Origin: a bacterium
GTDB lineage: Bacteria > RBG-13-61-14 > DATKZS01
DNA: 64,000 nucleotides
NCBI GenBank assembly: GCA_963674965.2
Contig: CAXXFL010000006.1
Span: 512,001 to 576,000, forward strand
Direction: 5' to 3'
Below the pieces are notes generated by a model. That model saw only the letters and a program-made list of their open reading frames with translations. It did no database searches and had not been told where the DNA came from. Every line of letters starts with the position of its first letter. Within the stretch, counting starts at the first letter, position 1. The translations under genes were made by a program, and so were the position numbers. Below are positions 30,075-39,129 of the stretch, one piece after another.

Positions 30075-31064
30075 TTACTTCCAGGTGATCCTGGGAGTGC
30101 TCCTTTTCACCGGGCCGTCTATCTCGCCCTGGGGCCAGCCCAGGGCCACGCTGGTGGCTATGCGAAGGGGCCACGCTATCCCCAGTTCCTTCATCAACTT
30201 CCGGTCGGGCAGAGAGTTAAGGGCCGTGATAAAGCCGACGTAGCAGGTCCCCAAGCCCAGGCTATGGGCCGCCAGCACCAGGTTCTGGGCGCATATGCCC
30301 GCGTCGAGCTCGACCTGTCCTATGCCCCGCAGGTCCGACAGTATCACTATCACCACCGGCGCCCCGAAGAAAAGCGTATCGCGCTCGACCGCCGTGTCCA
30401 TGCCCGAGATGACCCGGACGTCCGCGTCGCCCGGCCGCCAGAGGCTGATGAGGTTCCACATGAGTCTCCTTGCCCTTCCCTGCTTCAGGTAGTTGCCCGA
30501 GGTCAGCTTGAGCCCCTTGAGGGAAGCCGTCTCGACGCGCCGTATAAGTTCCCGGTCCCGCAGCGCGAGGAACTCCCAGGACTGGCCGTTGCCCGAGCTG
30601 GGAGCGTAGCGGGCCGCCTCGATCACCCTGCGGATCAGTTCCTCGGGCACCTCCTTTTTCTTGAAGAGACGGTTCGAGCGGCGGCGGTAGATCACCCGCT
30701 CCACCGGCGTCAGTTCCTCCTCGATGGTCTCGAACGCGGGCGGGACCTCGGCGCCGAGCGGATTGGGCGGGGAGACAACGCCCCGGCTGAGGCTTTGGTA
30801 GCGGCCGGACGAGACGTAATAGTCGCCGCTCACCGAGGCCGCGCCCTCCTTGCAGACGGCCATGCAGTTGTTGCAGCCAAGACACGCGACCTCGAGGCCC
30901 TTGTAACCACGGATAACGGGCGGTCCCTCCTCGGGCATGTACAGGATGTGGGTGGGACAAGTCCTCACGCACCGGCCGCAGCGCGTGCATTTTTCCGGGT
31001 CCGCCCAGAACCGGGGAAACTCCGCCGGAGGATAATGGGCCTTGCCAATGTACTTGAGGTTCAT
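30075..31064 (-). CDS. Nitroreductase-family protein with N-terminal 4Fe-4S dicluster domain
   Basis: CTRCGRCVRTCP and CLGCNNCMAVC; RRRSNR, APSSGNGQ and AHSLGLGTC. Confidence 0.88.
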   Translation of the reverse strand: MNLKYIGKAHYPPAEFPRFWADPEKCTRCGRCVRTCPTHILYMPEEGPPVIRGYKGLEVACLGCNNCMAVCKEGAASVSGDYYVSSGRYQSLSRGVVSPPNPLGAEVPPAFETIEEELTPVERVIYRRRSNRLFKKKEVPEELIRRVIEAARYAPSSGNGQSWEFLALRDRELIRRVETASLKGLKLTSGNYLKQGRARRLMWNLISLWRPGDADVRVISGMDTAVERDTLFFGAPVVIVILSDLRGIGQVELDAGICAQNLVLAAHSLGLGTCYVGFITALNSLPDRKLMKELGIAWPLRIATSVALGWPQGEIDGPVKRSTPRITWK

Positions 31065-31257
31065 GAGTCCCTCCTGAAATGAATTACTCTCATCCTATTA
31101 TTATCGCCGGCCCGATTGCAATAAGAAAACATGAGTGGTGGAAGAGAAAAAAGGCGTAAAAGGCGTCAAGAGGCTTTGGGATATTTCCAGCGCCGCTGGG
31201 CCACCCGGATAAATAAAACCGAGTGACCCATCTTGCGGCGATATATCCGGGAGGGCG

Positions 31258-31602
31258 TTAATGGTATTCGTGCGTGCCCTGCTTCACCTCGATTCCGGTC
31301 TTGCCGCTTATGATCTGTGCCATCTCGTCGGCGTTCGAGTAAGGGCAGCCGGGTTTGGCCCCCACCAGGCAGCTTGACAGGCGTATCTCGTCCGGCTTGA
31401 TCTCCGAAAGCTTGATCGCCATCCCCACGTTGGGGGCCAGGCTGCGGCCGGGACATTCGCACTTGACGAAGCCGATCACCTGGACCGGCTCATCGAATTT
31501 GCCCTCCCCCAGGGCCGCCGCCTTCAGGCAACGCCACTCGCCCGGGCATCCATAGCCGCTGTCCATGTACGCTCCACATCCCACCACGAATACTTTTTTC
31601 AT
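31258..31602 (-). CDS. CGGC-domain (Cys-rich metal/Fe-S-binding) protein
   Basis: VGC...CPGEWRC...KCECPG...LSSC...CP...GTH pattern; AAGGAG RBS. Confidence 0.75.
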   Translation of the reverse strand: MKKVFVVGCGAYMDSGYGCPGEWRCLKAAALGEGKFDEPVQVIGFVKCECPGRSLAPNVGMAIKLSEIKPDEIRLSSCLVGAKPGCPYSNADEMAQIISGKTGIEVKQGTHEYH

Positions 31603-31713
31603 TTTAAACGTCTCCTTCTCTTTACTAATTCACCGCGCCCACAGTATATCATGGGCTTTGGGTTTCCCCGACAATATTTTTTTGCGGCGCCTTTCCTCAA
31701 ACCTTGGCCCCTC

Positions 31714-33066
31714 TCATTTTATTTTCTGAAGGGCCTGCTCGGCGGCGATGGTAATGGGCTCGGCGCTGGGCTCGGAGGAGCAGTCGGGATTTCCCGCGCA
31801 CATGAGCGTGGTCAGTTCCGGTATGGTTTTTCCTCCCAGGATCAGGGCGTTAATGGCGTCGATCTCCTTGGCCGGCGCCACGTCGTCGCTGATGATCTGT
31901 CCGCCGATAAGCTTTTGGCTTTTTTTATCGAACACCAGCTTGAGGGTCCAGGGCTTCTTGCCGGGGATCATGTTGTGCTTGCTCCGAGAGTCGACCGTCG
32001 CGCACACGGCATCGAAGTTCTCCTTTTGGGCGGCCTCCTCGCTTAGCCCCACGGCCGCGATGTACTTGTCGAAGAGCCTGACCGCCGTGGCCCCGAGCAA
32101 TCCCGGGAACGGTATCTCGTAACCCGCCAGCCGCTTGGCCGCCAGACGTCCCTGGATGACGGCCGGTCCGCGAAGCTGGATGGGCACGGGCTTTTTCGTG
32201 ACGAAATGGAAGTTCTCGATGCAGTCGCCGGCGGCGATCACGTCGGGGTCGGAGGTCTCGAGGAACTGGTTGACCTTGATCCCGAACCTGCCCATCTCGA
32301 GACCCATCCGCTCGGCCAACTCCAGGTTGGGCCTGGCCCCCACGTTCATGAAGACCATGTCCGCCTCCAGGCTTTGTCCCGAACCGAGTTCCACGCCGGC
32401 GACCATCCCGTCCTTGCCCAGGATTTTCGTCACCTTCTCGCCCATGCGGAAGGCGAGGCCCTTCTCCGTGAGGTAATCCTTCAGCCCGGCCCCCAACTCC
32501 GCGTCGAGCATAAGCGGGAGCGGATGACCGAGCAGCTCGATGATAGTTATCTCGTACTGGCCGGGAGCGTTCTCCATGAGGAGAGTGGCCTGCTCCATGC
32601 TGATGAAGCCCGCCCCGATGAACACCAGCCGCTTGGGTTTCTTTTCGGTCAGGAACTTCCTTATCCTCTCGGCGTCCTCGAGGGAGCGCAGGGTGAACAC
32701 GCCCTCCAGGTCGCAACCCTCAAGGGGGGGCACGAACGGCCTCGATCCTATCCCCAGCACCAGCTTGTCATAGGCAAGCTCTTTCCCGTCGCTGAAATGA
32801 AGTTTTTTAGCCTTGACGTCGACATTTTCCACCTTGGCAACGATCGAGTCAATGCGGTTGTCCGTGAACATCTTGTCCGGGTTGGTGATCGATTCTCCCG
32901 TGGCCAGACCGGCCACCACGTGGGGAAGCGCTCACCGCACAATGAAGGTTTTTTCCTCCCGGATCACCGTGACGTCCACGTCCGGCATCAGTTTCCTCGA
33001 GAGCATGGCGGCGGGACCGCCCACTCCGCCGCAGCCTAATATCACAAGTTTCTCTCCCTTTTTCAT
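31714..33066 (-). CDS. NADH oxidase/CoA-disulfide reductase-family flavoprotein, probable selenoprotein (Sec45), 450 aa
   Basis: ATG 33066 with AAGGAG RBS; FAD motif ILGCGGVGG; single in-frame TGA at 32932-32934 in FIVR-U-ALPH; frame continues into the 31714..32919 ORF (GAGFI, AAGDC, dimerisation domain). Confidence 0.85.
32892..32931 (-). promoter_or_regulatory. Bacterial SECIS-like hairpin
   Basis: Immediately 3' of the UGA: GCGCTTCCCCACGTG-GTGGCC-GGTCT-GGCCAC-GGGAGAA, a 6-bp perfect upper stem with a G-initiated loop 21 nt after the UGA. Confidence 0.75.
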
Positions 33067-33284
33067 GGGCCATCTCCTTTTTAATTGCTTTTACTTATGA
33101 ATAAGTATCATCTTTCCCACGTCATTGGCAACATATCCTTCCCCATAATCACGCGCCCTTTTGGCAAACGGGACTCCAAATATTATAAGGCGGATGACAA
33201 ACACCTTCTCCAGGGCTAAGGTAATAGCGCATCGGAAGCGTGAAAGCCTCAAGCCGGGTTTCAAGGAGAATTGTTTCAGTGAAA

Positions 33285-34163
33285 TCATGGCAGTGTGATC
33301 GCGTCCTCCGGGCAAACGTCAACGCAGGAGCCGCACGAAATACAATCGCGCCCGACCACGACGGCCTTGCCCTTGCTCAAGCTAATCGAGTTATTGGGAC
33401 AGACGTCAACGCAGGCCCCACATCCCGTGCAGAGTTCGCGGTCAACGACGGCCGCGGGGGAAGCGGACCCCATTCCTTCCAGTTGTTGAAGACGCCCCTT
33501 GATTTCATCCAATCGCCGCGCCAATACATCAACCTGCCCCTGGAGCATGGTCCTTTCGTCCATGGGAGCCGCGGCCGCCTCGGGCGTCGATTGAGTTGTA
33601 CCAGCGTTGGAAATTCCACCCATGCCTCCACCCATTCCCCGGCCCGTGCCCATCCCCATTCCGCGACCCATGCCCATGCCCCGGCCCATGCCCATGCCTC
33701 GGCCTCCGCCCATTCCGCGACCCATCCCCATTCCACGGCCCATACCCATTCCGCCGCCGGCCGCCGGCTGCGCCGCGCTCTGAGGATTTCCCGCTACCAT
33801 GCCCATGCCGAAATGGCCGGCAACGCTGGGTTGGCTCGCGGTGGAATAGGCCCCATTGCTGAAATTATGCACCGCCTCGCGGACGAGGCCTGAAACGCCA
33901 ACGACGACCTCGACGCCGGCGGCGGAAAGCGTCTGGTGAGCGTTGGGGCCGCAGTTCCCCGTAAGCACGTATTTCACTCCCTTTTCGGCCATTAGCTGAG
34001 CCGACTGGATACCGGCTCCGCTGGCGGAAGAAACGTTTGAGTTTTCCACCGCCTCGAAGCTCAAATCATCGGTATCCACGATCACGAAGAATGAGCATCG
34101 GCCGAACCGGGGATCTACCGGAGATTCCAAAGACCGCCCATTAGCGCTTACCGCGATTTTCAT
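33285..34163 (-). CDS. NifB/NifX-family (orange-protein-like) domain plus Gly/Met/Arg repeat plus 4Fe-4S ferredoxin
   Basis: MKIAVS...VDPRFGRC..F...GAGIQSAQ...TGNCGPNA; GMGMGRG repeats; CTGCGACVDVCP and CISCGSCVDVCP. Confidence 0.88.
   Translation of the reverse strand: MKIAVSANGRSLESPVDPRFGRCSFFVIVDTDDLSFEAVENSNVSSASGAGIQSAQLMAEKGVKYVLTGNCGPNAHQTLSAAGVEVVVGVSGLVREAVHNFSNGAYSTASQPSVAGHFGMGMVAGNPQSAAQPAAGGGMGMGRGMGMGRGMGGGRGMGMGRGMGMGRGMGMGTGRGMGGGMGGISNAGTTQSTPEAAAAPMDERTMLQGQVDVLARRLDEIKGRLQQLEGMGSASPAAVVDRELCTGCGACVDVCPNNSISLSKGKAVVVGRDCISCGSCVDVCPEDAITLP
33617..33757 (-). repeat. Coding low-complexity tandem repeat (GMGMGR-like)
   Basis: Repeated CCCATG/CCCATT units on the + strand encode GGGMGMGRGMGMGRGMGGGRGMGMGRGMGMGRGMGMGTGRGMGGGMGG. 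Confidence 0.85.
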
Positions 34164-34295
34164 TAGAATAAAGGCCTCCTTTTCCGGAAAAAGCGGGGAA
34201 AATCGTCCCCGTCATTTCCAGACAAAATAAAATGATCAATCAATCCGAGCCAAGCCATCCCTCGTTAAAGCGCTTGGTACAGGCCGCGGTATTTC

Positions 34296-34673
34296 TCAAC
34301 TTTCCCCGTTACCCCCTTGAATACGACGTCGGCGGCCGCAGCACCCGGGCATTAAAAAGGAGTCCTCCGAGAATCCGCCGCTTAAAAATACCCTGACCAC
34401 GTCATCAACCGGTCCGCAGGTGTGAGGAATTACTTGAACACCGGCGGACGAAAGCGCCATTTCCAAGGGCCAGGAAATTGCGCCGCATATGAGAACGTCA
34501 ACGCCAACTCCCGAGATTTCCCGGGCTCGCGAAAAAGGGTCCTGAAAGAACAATTTCTTCTCGACGCGGCCGGCCTCTTTCCCGCCTACCGCCTCTATCA
34601 CCAGCAATTTCCTTGCGACGTCCAAAACCGGAGAGACGCGCCTTTGCCAAATCGGAAGAGCAACCTTCATCAT
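34296..34673 (-). CDS. NifB/NifX-family molybdenum-iron cluster-binding-like protein
   Basis: MKVALP...RVSPVLDVA...VDVLICGAIS...MPGCCGRRRR. Confidence 0.8.
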   Translation of the reverse strand: MMKVALPIWQRRVSPVLDVARKLLVIEAVGGKEAGRVEKKLFFQDPFSRAREISGVGVDVLICGAISWPLEMALSSAGVQVIPHTCGPVDDVVRVFLSGGFSEDSFLMPGCCGRRRRIQGGNGES

Positions 34674-34683
34674 TTATTTATTT

Positions 34684-34701
34684 AGGCAATCAATGTGCCG
34701 A
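34684..34701 (-). promoter_or_regulatory. Sigma-54 -24/-12 promoter
   Basis: Minus strand CGGCACATTGATTGC gives GG-N10-GC; divergent from a sigma-54 activator gene. Confidence 0.8.
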
Positions 34702-34777
34702 CAATTATAAAATCCCCTAACTGGCCTTTTTCAAAGGATTATTCAAATTGAATAACGGCCATGCAATCATCCGGATA

Positions 34778-34824
34778 TTCGCAAAATGCGATTTATCCAT
34801 GTATTATCGGTTGCATTTTGCGAA
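34778..34824. promoter_or_regulatory. Paired candidate upstream activator sequences
   Basis: TTCGCAAAATGCGA (34778-34791) and TTGCATTTTGCGAA (34811-34824), inverted to each other, 80-125 bp from the sigma-54 site. Confidence 0.65.
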
Positions 34825-34846
34825 ATTAAGGCTAGCCTAAAAGGAT

Positions 34847-36217
34847 ATGAAAAAGACCCTGGACAAATCAAAACGCGAATGCCAGGACGTGATCCTGGAT
34901 TCTATCAATGAGGGGGTTTTTACCGTCGGCCTGGATTGGCGGATCAGTTCCTTTAATCGCGCCGCTGAAATCATCACGGGAGTAAGCCGGGAAAAAGCGG
35001 TGGGCCACGCTTGCTACGAGGTCTTTCGGACCAACATCTGCGAAGACTCCTGCGCGCTGAAAAAGACCATGTCCACCGGCGAGCCGATCGTTAACGCCAC
35101 CGCGCATATCGTGACCGAGTCCGGAATCCGCGTCCCCATCCGCGTCTCCACGGCCTTGTTGAAAGACGATCATGGAGTGGTGATCGGGGGCGTGGAGACG
35201 TTCCAGGATTTGACCCAGGTGGAACGGCTTCGAAAGGAACTGGAGGCCCGGTACACCTTCGAGGACGTCATCGGCCGGAGCCAGGCCATGACCGAGCTTT
35301 TCCAGATTCTCCCGCAAATCGCCGAAAGCGATTCCACGGTATTGATCGAGGGAGGCTCAGGCACGGGCAAGGAGTTGTTCGCTCGCGCTCTTCACAACTT
35401 GTCTCCTCGCAAAAAAAAGCGCTTCGTGCCCGTGAATTGCGCGGCCCTTCCCGATACTCTTCTGGAGTCCGAGCTTTTCGGATACAAAGCCGGGGCCTTT
35501 ACCGACGCGAAAAAAGACAAGCCCGGCCGTTTCGCCCTGGCCGATGGGGGCACGATATTTCTTGATGAAATCGGGGACGTCTCACCCGCCATGCAGGCCC
35601 GGCTGCTGAGGGTACTCCAGGACCAGAAGATTGAGCCTTTAGGCTCGGTCGAGCCAATCCAGGTGAACGCTCGAGTGGTGTGCGCCACCAACAAGGACTT
35701 GACCAGGCTCGCCCGATCGGGCAAGTTCAGGGAGGACCTTTATTATCGGGTCCGGGTTATCCATCTCAAGCTGCCTTGCCTTAAGCGGCGCCGGGAGGAT
35801 ATTCCCCTCTTGGTGGACCACCTGATCGGCAAGTTCAACCTGCTCCAGGACAAAGATATAGCCGGGGTTTCGGGAGCGGTCATGGCCCGACTGATGGAGC
35901 ACGATTTCCCGGGTAACGTGCGTGAACTCGAGAACGTCATCGAGCGAGCCTTCGCTCTCTGCCGGGGAAACATGATCGAAATGCATCATCTGCCCGCGGA
36001 CCTCCGGCCTGATGAAGTCAAAATGGGAGAGCACGGTTCCGCCACCACGCTCGATTCCATGGAAAAGATAATGATCACCGAGGCGCTCAGGCGCTGCCAG
36101 GGCAATAAAAAACAGGCCGCCCGGGAACTCGGCGTTAACGCCAGCACGATATACCGCAAGATCAAAGCCCTGGGAATCGAGCCTCCCGAACGCCGACGAG
36201 AGACCCTCAAAAAATAA
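34847..36217 (+). CDS. PAS-domain sigma-54-dependent transcriptional activator (OrpR-like)
   Basis: PAS domain with C..VFRTNICEDSC; GGSGTGKE, ESELFG..AGAFTDA, FLDEIG, FREDLYYR and PGNVRELEN; Fis-type HTH. Confidence 0.92.
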   Translation: MKKTLDKSKRECQDVILDSINEGVFTVGLDWRISSFNRAAEIITGVSREKAVGHACYEVFRTNICEDSCALKKTMSTGEPIVNATAHIVTESGIRVPIRVSTALLKDDHGVVIGGVETFQDLTQVERLRKELEARYTFEDVIGRSQAMTELFQILPQIAESDSTVLIEGGSGTGKELFARALHNLSPRKKKRFVPVNCAALPDTLLESELFGYKAGAFTDAKKDKPGRFALADGGTIFLDEIGDVSPAMQARLLRVLQDQKIEPLGSVEPIQVNARVVCATNKDLTRLARSGKFREDLYYRVRVIHLKLPCLKRRREDIPLLVDHLIGKFNLLQDKDIAGVSGAVMARLMEHDFPGNVRELENVIERAFALCRGNMIEMHHLPADLRPDEVKMGEHGSATTLDSMEKIMITEALRRCQGNKKQAARELGVNASTIYRKIKALGIEPPERRRETLKK

Positions 36218-36218
36218 A

Positions 36219-36233
36219 TTCGCAAAATGCAAC
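36219..36233. promoter_or_regulatory. Third copy of the candidate activator-binding motif
   Basis: TTCGCAAAATGCAAC is the exact reverse complement of 34810-34824. Confidence 0.6.
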
Positions 36234-36337
36234 GTTCTTCATTATTTATCCGGACCTTAAAAATCGCGGCCTTCATATTACGTGAAAAAATTCTATATTT
36301 TAAGGCTCTTAGATCGAGGAATATTACCCGTTTTCAG

Positions 36338-36355
36338 CGGGTATGTTTATTGCTT
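36338..36355 (+). promoter_or_regulatory. Candidate sigma-54 promoter
   Basis: GGTATGTTTATTGC gives GG-N10-GC with TTGC, about 105 bp downstream of the motif at 36219. Confidence 0.55.
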
Positions 36356-36453
36356 GTTCTCTTTTTAAGCTCGGCTCGTTTTATTGGAGAAAAAGTCCTT
36401 GGATGGGTCCCCATGCTTATCGAACAAGTATGGCAAATAACCGGGAGGTGGTT

Positions 36454-36660
36454 ATGAATTGTCCATTACTTAAAGGCAAATTTAATAAACAGTGCGGGGC
36501 GGTAAAGGCCCTGGTCGTGCTTTCCAACGCCCAGCTTGTACTTTACTGCGAAAACGGACGCTTCGAGGAATGCCCGGTATACATGACTTGGCAAAACCTT
36601 TCAGGCAAGGAAATGTCCCTGGCCGCCTACGCCGAGCTTGAAAGGGAAGCGACGCTCTGA
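36454..36660 (+). CDS. Small 4-Cys hypothetical protein (68 aa)
   Basis: GGGAGG RBS before ATG 36454; C-x10-C-x17-C-x7-CPVY. Confidence 0.65.
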   Translation: MNCPLLKGKFNKQCGAVKALVVLSNAQLVLYCENGRFEECPVYMTWQNLSGKEMSLAAYAELEREATL

Positions 36661-36673
36661 GTTGCCTATTCTA

Positions 36674-37669
36674 TTACAGCAACCCGAAGGCGGCCACGGG
36701 CATTCCGGGGAGGGCCACGGAGGAATCGGAGTGGCCCAGGACCAGGCCCGCTCTTTCGGTCACGAGGGTTTCCTGGAGCTTGCCGAACACGTTATGAATC
36801 TTGGCCACCTTGTGCCCGGCCTTCACGATCTGGCCGGGTTTGACCAGGAACCTTATGACCCCGCTGCTCGAGGCCGGCGGGCGGTGGGAATAATCCAGTA
36901 TCTTGTCCTTCAGGGATGGGGGAACGGGCCGGTTCAGTATCTTTTCCCGAGGCCGGGTCATGCCGAGAAAAGACAGGATATTCCAAACGGACGTCACGCC
37001 GTCGTCCACGTTCTGCTCGTTGACCACGAAGGACTCGCCCAACTCGAGGGTTATGGCGGGCGCCCCGCGCCGAATGACGCTGCCGGTCAGGGACTTCTCC
37101 AGGTAGGGGTCCGAGGTCTCGGGGGCCTGCTCCTTGACCACGATGAAGCCGCTCAGCCGGGCGAAGGTCACCGACTTGTCGAAGATTTCCTTTTCCCCCT
37201 CCGGCCATCGCGGCTCGATGAGGGCGTAGGGAATGGACTTGATCCAGTCGTTATGCAGGTCGAGCACCAGGGTGGGATTGGTCTGGATGATGGTCGAGAA
37301 AATCCTTTCGGCAATGCGCTCGGCCAGCGACCCGTTGGGGTCCCCCGGGAAGGACCGGTTCAGGTCCTCCATGGACAGGCCGATGTGCCTGGAGGCGGTC
37401 TCGAAGCCGATGGGGTTCATGAGGGGAAAGGCGTATAGCCGTCCGCAAAGCAGGGGTTCCTTCCGAAGCCGTTTGAAAATCTCCTGGATGACCACCATGC
37501 CCCCCACCTCGTCGCCGTGCACGCAACCGGTGAGCCAGACCACGGGACCGGGACGCGGACTCGAGGCCTCCATCATCGCCAGCCTCCGCCTCGAAAGGTC
37601 CGAGCCGGTAAGTATCTTGAGGAAGGAATACTTGATCCTTTGCGAAGAATCCTTCTCGGTCAAGGCCAT
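36674..37669 (-). CDS. Succinylglutamate desuccinylase/aspartoacylase-family (M14-like) protein
   Basis: HGDE, DLNRSFPG, LDLH and ITLELG; C-terminal barrel-sandwich region. Confidence 0.88.
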   Translation of the reverse strand: MALTEKDSSQRIKYSFLKILTGSDLSRRRLAMMEASSPRPGPVVWLTGCVHGDEVGGMVVIQEIFKRLRKEPLLCGRLYAFPLMNPIGFETASRHIGLSMEDLNRSFPGDPNGSLAERIAERIFSTIIQTNPTLVLDLHNDWIKSIPYALIEPRWPEGEKEIFDKSVTFARLSGFIVVKEQAPETSDPYLEKSLTGSVIRRGAPAITLELGESFVVNEQNVDDGVTSVWNILSFLGMTRPREKILNRPVPPSLKDKILDYSHRPPASSSGVIRFLVKPGQIVKAGHKVAKIHNVFGKLQETLVTERAGLVLGHSDSSVALPGMPVAAFGLL

Positions 37670-37776
37670 CTCGAGTCACCCCTTTGTTCGCGCCTTTTGC
37701 CGAAGCGGCCTTAAAGTCGGCCGTTTCTTTTCATCCGGCCATCGGGTCCTATATCTTTTCAAAGCGGCTAGCCCGC

Positions 37777-38841
37777 TCAGGCCATAATCCAGGTATAAAG
37801 CGCCGCGAGCAGCAGGCCGGCCACGAACCATCCGCCGGCGATCCTCACCCACCACACTCCCCAGGCCACGTACCAGAGGGGCCATAAAGGATAGCTCTCG
37901 GGCGGGGCCTCGGGATCGAACCTGCCTTTCAGGTCCTCGGGGATAACGTCCTCAGCCATGGCGAAGGCCTCGGCCGGGGTCGCGGGCGTCGGGCTCGAGA
38001 GGGTCACGATAAACCTCGTGGCCCGAGGAATCGAGACCAGAGCCAGGAGGGCCAGCCAATGAATCCAGCCAGCGGCCGCGAGGGCGGTGATGACGATGTA
38101 GAAGCTCCACACCATGATCTGCGTGGCCACCCGGCCTTTTTCCTCACCCAGAAGCACGGGCAGGGTACCCACGCCCTTGGCCGCGTCCTTCTCCCGCTTG
38201 TCCAGGTGCTTGCCCATGAGCACCGCGCTCACGCCCAGGCCGTAGGGCACGGAGCAGGCCATGACCTGCCATGACAGGGTCTCGGTCAGCACGAAATAGG
38301 TCCCGCCGATCATGAGGGGGCCCCAGATGAGGAATATGGCCGGCTCGCCCAGGCCGCGGTGCTTGAGCTTAAGGGGCGGGGCCACGTAGAATACGCTGGT
38401 CGCCAGGCCGGCCGCGGCGAAGGCCATCACGGTCCAACCCACCTGGCCGACCAGGTGAATGGCGATGATGAGATCGACAAGGTTGCAAAAGAGGATGGCC
38501 GCCACCAGCCCTTCCCCGCTGACCAGGTTGTCCAGGAGGGGATGGGGCGCGTAGTTGGCGCGGGGGTAGTCCTTGGTGTCCACGCCCTCGAGGAGGTCGA
38601 AGGCGTCGTTGACCATGTTGTTGGCCGCGTGGGCCAAGGTCAGTCCCAACGCCACGAGGAGGAAGCGTCCCAAATTAAAGCTCCCGTCAATGGCCGCCAG
38701 GAGCCCGCCGATCAAGGCGGAGAGCAGGGTCATGGAAAAAACGCACGACCTGGTGATAATCAGCCACTTGCTGACCAGGTCCATTTCGGCGCCCTCGGGC
38801 AGGTTGCACGTCCTTAAAACCTCTATCCAGTTGCGTACCAT
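37777..38841 (-). CDS. UbiA-family prenyltransferase (MenA-like)
   Basis: HAANNMVNDAFD...GVD, Y..PP..LK..GLGE and D...GVGTLPV; start chosen after AGGGAGG. Confidence 0.82.
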   Translation of the reverse strand: MVRNWIEVLRTCNLPEGAEMDLVSKWLIITRSCVFSMTLLSALIGGLLAAIDGSFNLGRFLLVALGLTLAHAANNMVNDAFDLLEGVDTKDYPRANYAPHPLLDNLVSGEGLVAAILFCNLVDLIIAIHLVGQVGWTVMAFAAAGLATSVFYVAPPLKLKHRGLGEPAIFLIWGPLMIGGTYFVLTETLSWQVMACSVPYGLGVSAVLMGKHLDKREKDAAKGVGTLPVLLGEEKGRVATQIMVWSFYIVITALAAAGWIHWLALLALVSIPRATRFIVTLSSPTPATPAEAFAMAEDVIPEDLKGRFDPEAPPESYPLWPLWYVAWGVWWVRIAGGWFVAGLLLAALYTWIMA

Positions 38842-39129
38842 TTCCATCCCTCCCTTGAATAGGACTATTGTTACATCATGGGCCGGCGCGAGCAAGAAGG
38901 GTCGCCGGCGTGAAGACGAGATCGCTCGGTTTGCGGATTGGCCGGATTCGCGCCAAGACGACCGAGTGGGCGGCAAGTTAAAAGAAGAGCGGCAAACTGG
39001 TTTTAATCCGAAGCATGACTCCCGGTTTGGCCACGAACGGCCCGCCTGAGATTTCTATTGGGGCCACTCTAAAATCGTAATGGCGGTCGAGTCCGTTCAT
39101 ATCCTAATATGATGGCCGCCGTCTCCCGG

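Noticed and set aside
32849-33073. 74-aa ORF that could imply a frameshifted flavoprotein start
   Set aside because: Different frame without a FAD motif; the in-frame UGA read-through explains the region better.
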